DNA from: Spirochaetota bacterium
GTDB taxonomy: Bacteria > Spirochaetota > UBA4802 > JAGODF01
NCBI GenBank assembly: GCA_029974015.1
Contig: JARKUF010000014.1
Span: 217-64,216 of the forward strand
Length of the DNA: 64,000 bases
Direction: 5' to 3'
Shown piece after piece: positions 58,272 to 64,000 of the stretch; positions within the stretch are counted from its first letter, which is position 1; each line of letters starts with the position of its first letter. Below the pieces are notes generated by a model, which did not search any database, had not been told where the DNA came from, and saw only the letters and a program-made list of their open reading frames with translations. The translations under genes and the position numbers were made by a program.

Positions 58272-59456
58272 ATGTTGCAGGACAACGACGCGGTAATTGT
58301 AAGCGCAGTGAGAACTCCCCTGGGTGGATTTGGCGGAAGCCTTTCCGGGACAGGCGCCACAGACTTGGGTGCAATGGTCATAGAAGAGTCCCTCATGCGC
58401 GCCGGCATCGAAAAAGAGATGGTACAGGAAGTCCTCATGGGAATCGTCCTGCCCTGCGGATACGGCCAAAACCCGGCGCGTCAGGCCGCAATCAAGGCCG
58501 GACTTCCAATGTCCGCCGGCTGTCTAACGATCAACAAGGTCTGCGGATCAGGCCTCATGGCCGCCATGTTGGCATCTGAGTTCGTGAAATCCGGATACGC
58601 CGATATCGTCGTAGCCGGTGGAATGGAAAACATGAGCATGGCCCCGTACTACCTACCGAAAGCCCGATGGGGCGTTAGAATGGGCCAGGCGGAGATAAGC
58701 GACCACATGGTCCATGACGGCCTCTGGGACATTGTGAACGACTTCCACATGGGGATCAGCAATGACCTGATCTCGGAAAAATACGGCGTATCCCGGGAAG
58801 AGCAGGACAAATACGCCCTAAGCTCTTATGAAAAAGCCCTAGATTCAATCAAAAACGGGATCTTTAAAGACGAAATAATGCCCGTGAGAATACAATCGAA
58901 AAAGGGCGACACGGTGTTTGACACCGACGAATGCCCCCGCCCAACTTCCATGGAACTCCTGGCGAAAATGCGACCGGCCTTTCAAAAGGAAGGTTTCGCC
59001 ACGGCGGGGAATTCCTCGGTGATAAGCGATGGAGCCTCCGCAGTGGTGGTAATGAATTATCGCAAAGCGAAAGAATTGGGGATAAGCCCCCTCCTCAGGG
59101 TGGTCGCGTATGGCAGCGGGGGCATAGAACTGAAGTATGTCCTGATGGCCCCCATTAAGTCAATACCAAAGGTGTGCCGCAAGGCCGGTATCGACCTCGG
59201 AAGAATCGACCTCCATGAAATAAACGAAGCGTTCTCCGGGTCCACCGTAGCGGTGTCCCGGGAACTCGGACTAGACCCGGGAAAGGTGAACGTCTTCGGA
59301 GGAAGTGTGGCCCTGGGGCATCCCATCGGGGCTTCCGGGGCCCGAGTGCTTACCACCCTTGCCTACGGCATGAAGAGGCAAAACGCGGCACTCGGCGAGG
59401 CCTCCCTCTGTCTGGGAGGTGCCGAGTCGGTCACGATGATCGTGGAGAATATATGA
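58272..59456 (+). CDS. Acetyl-CoA acetyltransferase (thiolase II)
   Basis: [31 protein letters not shown]. Confidence 0.94.
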   Translation: MLQDNDAVIVSAVRTPLGGFGGSLSGTGATDLGAMVIEESLMRAGIEKEMVQEVLMGIVLPCGYGQNPARQAAIKAGLPMSAGCLTINKVCGSGLMAAMLASEFVKSGYADIVVAGGMENMSMAPYYLPKARWGVRMGQAEISDHMVHDGLWDIVNDFHMGISNDLISEKYGVSREEQDKYALSSYEKALDSIKNGIFKDEIMPVRIQSKKGDTVFDTDECPRPTSMELLAKMRPAFQKEGFATAGNSSVISDGASAVVVMNYRKAKELGISPLLRVVAYGSGGIELKYVLMAPIKSIPKVCRKAGIDLGRIDLHEINEAFSGSTVAVSRELGLDPGKVNVFGGSVALGHPIGASGARVLTTLAYGMKRQNAALGEASLCLGGAESVTMIVENI

Positions 59457-59889
59457 CAATCTCGATTCCCGCTTCGAGAATCATCTCCTCGGACAGAGGG
59501 TCTTTGTATGGCTCGCGGTAAATAAATTTCTTTATTCCGCTGTTAATGAGCATTTTGGTGCATATTGAACAGGGCTGAGTGGTCACATATATGACTGCGC
59601 CGTTGATCGATACGCCGTGAAGGGCCGCTTGGATGATGGCGTTCTGCTCGGCATGGAGGCCCCGGCATAGCTCATGGCGCTCTCCTGAGGGGACATTGTA
59701 TTTCGTCCTCAGGCAGGTTTCCTCCGTACAGTGGGTGATTTTCGTCGGCACCCCATTGTACCCTGTGGATATTATCCACTTGTCCTTGACAATGACCGCC
59801 CCCACCCTGCGCCGGATGCAAGTGGCCCTCGTGGCCACGTCCTCGGCTATTTTCATGAAGTAGTCGTCCCAACCCGGCCTTTCCGCCAT
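59431..59889 (-). CDS. dCMP deaminase (ComEB-like)
   Basis: RP.WDDYF, STGYNG, HAEQNA, PCSIC. Confidence 0.93.
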   Translation of the reverse strand: MAERPGWDDYFMKIAEDVATRATCIRRRVGAVIVKDKWIISTGYNGVPTKITHCTEETCLRTKYNVPSGERHELCRGLHAEQNAIIQAALHGVSINGAVIYVTTQPCSICTKMLINSGIKKFIYREPYKDPLSEEMILEAGIEIVIYSPRSS

Positions 59890-60500
59890 CAGTCAACCTC
59901 GTAGAAACGGTAGTCGAAGATCGACGCAACAGCATCGTCGGTGTTTATTATAAGCCGCGCCGTAAGGGGCAAGTGGCGCGCCTCGAGGGACACGAGGCTT
60001 CTTTTTGCGGGTACCATAACAGCGCAGGGAGCCTGTGAGAATGTTCTGATGTCATTCACGGGAACGGTGGCCGTGTAGGTCCTGGTTTCCCCTGGTTCGA
60101 GAGTGATCATGTTAACCCCTCCCCCAATTTTTTCAACGGCCACGCGGCTCTTCCCCTGGTAAAACTCGAGTGTACCAAGGGCTTCCCTGTACCGCATAGT
60201 CAGGCGCCCCGGCCCCTGTGAGCGAAGAGACAGGGCTGCGAGGCTTTCCCCGGTTGTCCTGTCCTTAATAAAGGAAAGGCGGTATTCAATGTTTCGGTAC
60301 AGTATGGCGGTCCCCCCCTGGCTCTCGCGCTCTTCGCGCCTGGAGAACACGAAAAGTATGTATACTATCAGGAGCATGTTCACCACCAGAACATACCAGG
60401 GAATTTTGAAGCTGTGCTCTTTCTGCCTCGGGTATTTGGACCGTACCCTCGCTTTGAATTCTTCCACCTTTTCGCTTGTTTCTTTCACAGTTATCTCCAA
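59889..60500 (-). CDS. Single-TM hypothetical protein
   Basis: One TM helix plus a beta-rich domain; coupled to the downstream gene. Confidence 0.65.
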   Translation of the reverse strand: MEITVKETSEKVEEFKARVRSKYPRQKEHSFKIPWYVLVVNMLLIVYILFVFSRREERESQGGTAILYRNIEYRLSFIKDRTTGESLAALSLRSQGPGRLTMRYREALGTLEFYQGKSRVAVEKIGGGVNMITLEPGETRTYTATVPVNDIRTFSQAPCAVMVPAKRSLVSLEARHLPLTARLIINTDDAVASIFDYRFYEVD

Positions 60501-60545
60501 TTTTGAAAAAACCTTCTATCTTATGGGTTTTGTCAATACTTTTTA

Positions 60546-60588
60546 GCGAACCCCGGCGGGCGGGTAAACCCGATTAACAGAGGTCGCT
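60546..60588. repeat. Decayed MITE fragment
   Basis: GGCGGGCGGGTAAACCCGATTAACAGAGGTCGC. Confidence 0.55.
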
Positions 60589-60691
60589 TTTGTGAATAAT
60601 TATCCCCCGGGAAAGTACTTGCATTTTATTCCATTCAGGGTTTAATTGATGTGAAGTTATTCATCGTGCAAGCTAAGACAAGGGGGCCGTC

Positions 60692-62836
60692 ATGTTCACA
60701 TTGAGCCTCATCTTTTCCCTCCTCGCATCATTCATGCTTTGTTTTGCCGCCATATTCGGCATATTGAAAAACTGGAGGGACCAGGTCTATCGGTATTATT
60801 TTGTGTTCGCCATCTGCTCTTTAGGGATACTGTTCACGATGTTCCTGACCTACGCATATCCCGATTACCTGGACCTCACCCTGGTCAACAAGATTACACA
60901 GGTCTCGACGGTCATGAGCTTTTCCTCTATCTTCATCCTTTCATTTGTGTTTCCAAAGGGCGATAAGCCATTCCCTTTGGGGTATACCCTACTTTTCCTC
61001 TCCCCTGCCTTTGCCGTGGGATACATCGCCGTGGGAACGGACTGGAATATCACCAGGGCGTACTTTATTGGCAAGGCCCTCGTTAGAGACTTTAACTTTT
61101 TTTACCGCTATTACGCCATTATCGCCTTCACCTATGTAATTTTAGGCGTGGGGCATTTTATCTACAAATATTTAAAGGTTAAAATTGAAATCTATCGACT
61201 TCAGATGCGCTATGTGTTCGTGGGGACTTCTATCGGGATGCTCATAGCCGCGGTTTTTTCAATCTTCCTGCCCCTCGTTTTCAACTATGCGGACCTCTAC
61301 GTACTCGGTCCCTCTCTCGCCACATTTTTAGGAGTGGGGTCGTTTTTTTACGCAATAATATCCTACAACCTGATGGATATCACCACGGCCATCCATAAAA
61401 CCACGATGTACATCATAATCTCCGCCGTCATTTTTATTCCCATGTACGGACTGCTCTGGCTCCATGAGTCAGAGCAGTTTTTCATGCCCCAGGTCCCCCT
61501 GTACCTCGTGGCGGCTGCTATCGTCCTTGTGTTTATCCTCTTTTCCGCGAAAGTACAACCCTACATCGACAAGTTTTTCAGGCGTCGCCAGTACGAATTC
61601 GAGGCTGTCATCGATACGTTCATTCGTGACGTGGAGAACACCAAAGATTTCAGGAGCCTCATCGGCCGCACCGTCGACATTCTCTACGAGTCGCTATTAT
61701 TAAAACAAGCGTTCTATGTAAGTTACAGCAACGAAAAAAGGCATTACGAAATGTATTACCGTAAAGGTGAGCAGGTAGATGTGGACCCCCTTGAACGAAA
61801 CTCCCCGGTGATACGCTGGTTTGTCCGGAACCAGGAGGTCCTGCACCTAGACAGGGTGTATGTAGACGACGAGAACTTTGCCGATCTCAGGGAAAGCATT
61901 TCAGATTTTTTCGTCAGGAACAAGATCAAAGTGATCCTTCCTGTATACCATCAGCGCATGGTCCTCGGCCTTCTCTGCCTTGGTGACAAGGACACGCTCG
62001 CGGCTTTCAAACCGGATGAGCTCACGAAGCTTCTTTTCTTCCAGAAAGAATGCAACATCCACATTTCAAACTCACTTACCTATGAGGAAACCATGAGAGA
62101 GCAATTCATCAACAGGACCATAGAGCTCTCTTCGAACATACTTTCCAGGGCGATACCGCAGGCGCTTCCAAATATGATTGGAGTGAAATTCGGGGCTTTT
62201 TACATGCCGAAACACGGTGAGGGAGTCGACTACTTCGATTTCCTCCGCCCTGGAGGACAGGGTATCGGCTGTATTACAACGGATATATCCGGAGTGGGAG
62301 TCAACAGCGCCCTTTATTCGGTTGTGCTGAGGTCCGCTTTCCAATCCAGCATACATGAGGCCCCTTCGAGCTACTCAGTGCTGCAGCGCCTTAACAATGT
62401 ACTGTACGATTATTCCGGAGGAATGGGGGGATTCATCACCGCCTATTACTTTTATTACGACGTGAAGACCATGCGCCTCATCTATTCAAACGCCGGTTTT
62501 CCCTCCCTTGAGCTGTACCGAATAGAAAAAAACGATTTCGATTCCCTTGACACAGAGGGGATACCCCTGGGGTACGATCCGAAGGCGAGCTACGGTATGG
62601 GAAGGACCTTTCTTCTTCGGGGCGATATTGGTGTGCTTTATTCCAAGGCCCTGGTGAATTCCAAGAATCAAAAAGGGGAAAATTTCGGGCTACTTCGTCT
62701 GAGGAGCATCATCAAGGACAACCGGGCGCTCAGGCCCACGGACCTGGCGAAGATGGTAAACGAGAAATTTACCGCATTTTTGGGAATATCGTCGCCGGAT
62801 TCCGACGTTCTCGCGATTGTCTTCAAAATTGTATAG
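60692..62836 (+). CDS. Multi-TM sensor with GAF-like and SpoIIE/PP2C-like domains
   Basis: About 9 TM helices, GAF-like ILPV...LGLLCLG, DYFDF, DISG, NAG, GIPLG. Confidence 0.85.
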   Translation: MFTLSLIFSLLASFMLCFAAIFGILKNWRDQVYRYYFVFAICSLGILFTMFLTYAYPDYLDLTLVNKITQVSTVMSFSSIFILSFVFPKGDKPFPLGYTLLFLSPAFAVGYIAVGTDWNITRAYFIGKALVRDFNFFYRYYAIIAFTYVILGVGHFIYKYLKVKIEIYRLQMRYVFVGTSIGMLIAAVFSIFLPLVFNYADLYVLGPSLATFLGVGSFFYAIISYNLMDITTAIHKTTMYIIISAVIFIPMYGLLWLHESEQFFMPQVPLYLVAAAIVLVFILFSAKVQPYIDKFFRRRQYEFEAVIDTFIRDVENTKDFRSLIGRTVDILYESLLLKQAFYVSYSNEKRHYEMYYRKGEQVDVDPLERNSPVIRWFVRNQEVLHLDRVYVDDENFADLRESISDFFVRNKIKVILPVYHQRMVLGLLCLGDKDTLAAFKPDELTKLLFFQKECNIHISNSLTYEETMREQFINRTIELSSNILSRAIPQALPNMIGVKFGAFYMPKHGEGVDYFDFLRPGGQGIGCITTDISGVGVNSALYSVVLRSAFQSSIHEAPSSYSVLQRLNNVLYDYSGGMGGFITAYYFYYDVKTMRLIYSNAGFPSLELYRIEKNDFDSLDTEGIPLGYDPKASYGMGRTFLLRGDIGVLYSKALVNSKNQKGENFGLLRLRSIIKDNRALRPTDLAKMVNEKFTAFLGISSPDSDVLAIVFKIV

Positions 62837-63028
62837 AGGACTTGACATAAATCCTTGACATTTTATTTCGCACCTGGAAATTAGTGCAATCCTTTAGCGG
62901 TTTCATCTTGGAGAAATACTTCCTGCCCCTTATGTTGGGGGGGCCGTGTCGGCACATCCGCGGCGCACTTCACTGCTTTGGTTGCTGTGCCAGAACTGAA
63001 TTTTTTACCATAATAAAAGGAGAAACAG

Positions 63029-64000
63029 ATGAAAAAGAAAATCCTAATCAGCGACAAGGTTGCCGAAGAAGGTATCGCTATTTTAACGAAATCCGCTGAA
63101 TTCGACGTCGTGTACAAAACGGGCCTCTCTGAAGAAGATCTCATCAAGGAAATCAGGGACGCCAGCGGACTTATCATACGTTCCGCAACGAAAGCGAACG
63201 CGAAGGTCATTGAAGCCGCGGAAAAGCTCCAGGTCATCGCCAGGGCGGGAGTGGGCCTCGATAATGTTGACCTCGACAAGGCTACGGCAAAGGGCATAGT
63301 TGTAATGAACACTCCCGCAGGCAACACCATTTCCACGGCCGAACAGGCCATCGCCATGCTTTTCGCACTTGCGAGAAAAACAGCCGTCGCTGACGCCTCA
63401 ATGAAAAAAGGCGAATGGGAAAAGAAGCTGTTTCAGGGGACTGAACTCCGCGGAAAGACAATTGCGGTCATTGGCCTGGGGCGAATAGGCATGGAAGTAG
63501 CGAAGCGCTGCAAAGCCATGGCAATGCGCGTCGTTGGATACGATCCTTTCATAGCCAGGGAAGCTCTGTCCTCCATGGACATCGAAGTGCTGGAACTGGA
63601 TGAAATCTGGCGCGAAGCGGATTTTATCACTGTCCATACTCCCCTGACAGACCAGACCAGGGACCTGGTGAACAAGGACGTTATCAAAAAACTGAAGCCC
63701 ACAGTGAAACTCATCAATTGCGCCCGGGGCGGAATCTACAATGAACAGGACCTCTTTGACGCATTAAAAGAAAAAAAGATCGCCGGGGCCGCCCTTGACG
63801 TTTTCACCCAGGAACCCCCTAAAACCCTTCCCCCGTTCCATGAGCTTGACAACATCGTCCTCACACCACACCTCGGGGCCTCCACCGACGAGGCGCAGAT
63901 TGCGGTAGCCGTCGAGGCCGCTGAAAACGTCGCGGAATATCTGCTCACAGGCGTGGCGAGGAACAGCGCAAACTTCCCCTCCCTCGAAGTAAACGAATAC
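63029..64000 (+). CDS. serA: D-3-phosphoglycerate dehydrogenase (truncated by the window end)
   Basis: AAGGAG RBS; RAGVGLDNVD, GLGRIG, NCARGG, TPHLGAST. Confidence 0.95.
   Translation, partial: MKKKILISDKVAEEGIAILTKSAEFDVVYKTGLSEEDLIKEIRDASGLIIRSATKANAKVIEAAEKLQVIARAGVGLDNVDLDKATAKGIVVMNTPAGNTISTAEQAIAMLFALARKTAVADASMKKGEWEKKLFQGTELRGKTIAVIGLGRIGMEVAKRCKAMAMRVVGYDPFIAREALSSMDIEVLELDEIWREADFITVHTPLTDQTRDLVNKDVIKKLKPTVKLINCARGGIYNEQDLFDALKEKKIAGAALDVFTQEPPKTLPPFHELDNIVLTPHLGASTDEAQIAVAVEAAENVAEYLLTGVARNSANFPSLEVNEY

Overview
A 64-kb chromosomal segment of a bacterium that is probably a Leptospira-related, anaerobically equipped spirochaete. That placement is an inference from OmpL1-like barrels, TPR-Mrr proteins, an HATPase-HDOD protein and an Rnf complex. 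Most genes are housekeeping or envelope genes (hflX, umuDC, rel, maf, fadN/fadA, greA, glyQ, murJ, rnfCDGEA, pilD, partial serA), with three tRNAs (Leu-TAA, Cys-GCA, Ala-GGC). No transposase, integrase or CRISPR array was seen. The most striking signal is non-coding: about 15 copies or fragments of a 70-140 bp palindromic MITE-like family in the intergenic spaces. It has two kinds of terminal inverted repeat and 4-bp NTAN target duplications; one type nests inside the other, its hairpins covary between copies, and six copies sit 10-19 nt downstream of predicted sigma70 -10 boxes. Other signals are a dif-like Xer site with a degenerate XerD arm upstream of umuDC, a cluster of apparent pseudoenzymes (two TM-TPR-Mrr-like proteins, a cNMP-ParA-patatin-like protein, a ParB-N protein) and an unannotated 40-aa ORF. 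All calls were made by eye from motifs; no searches were run.
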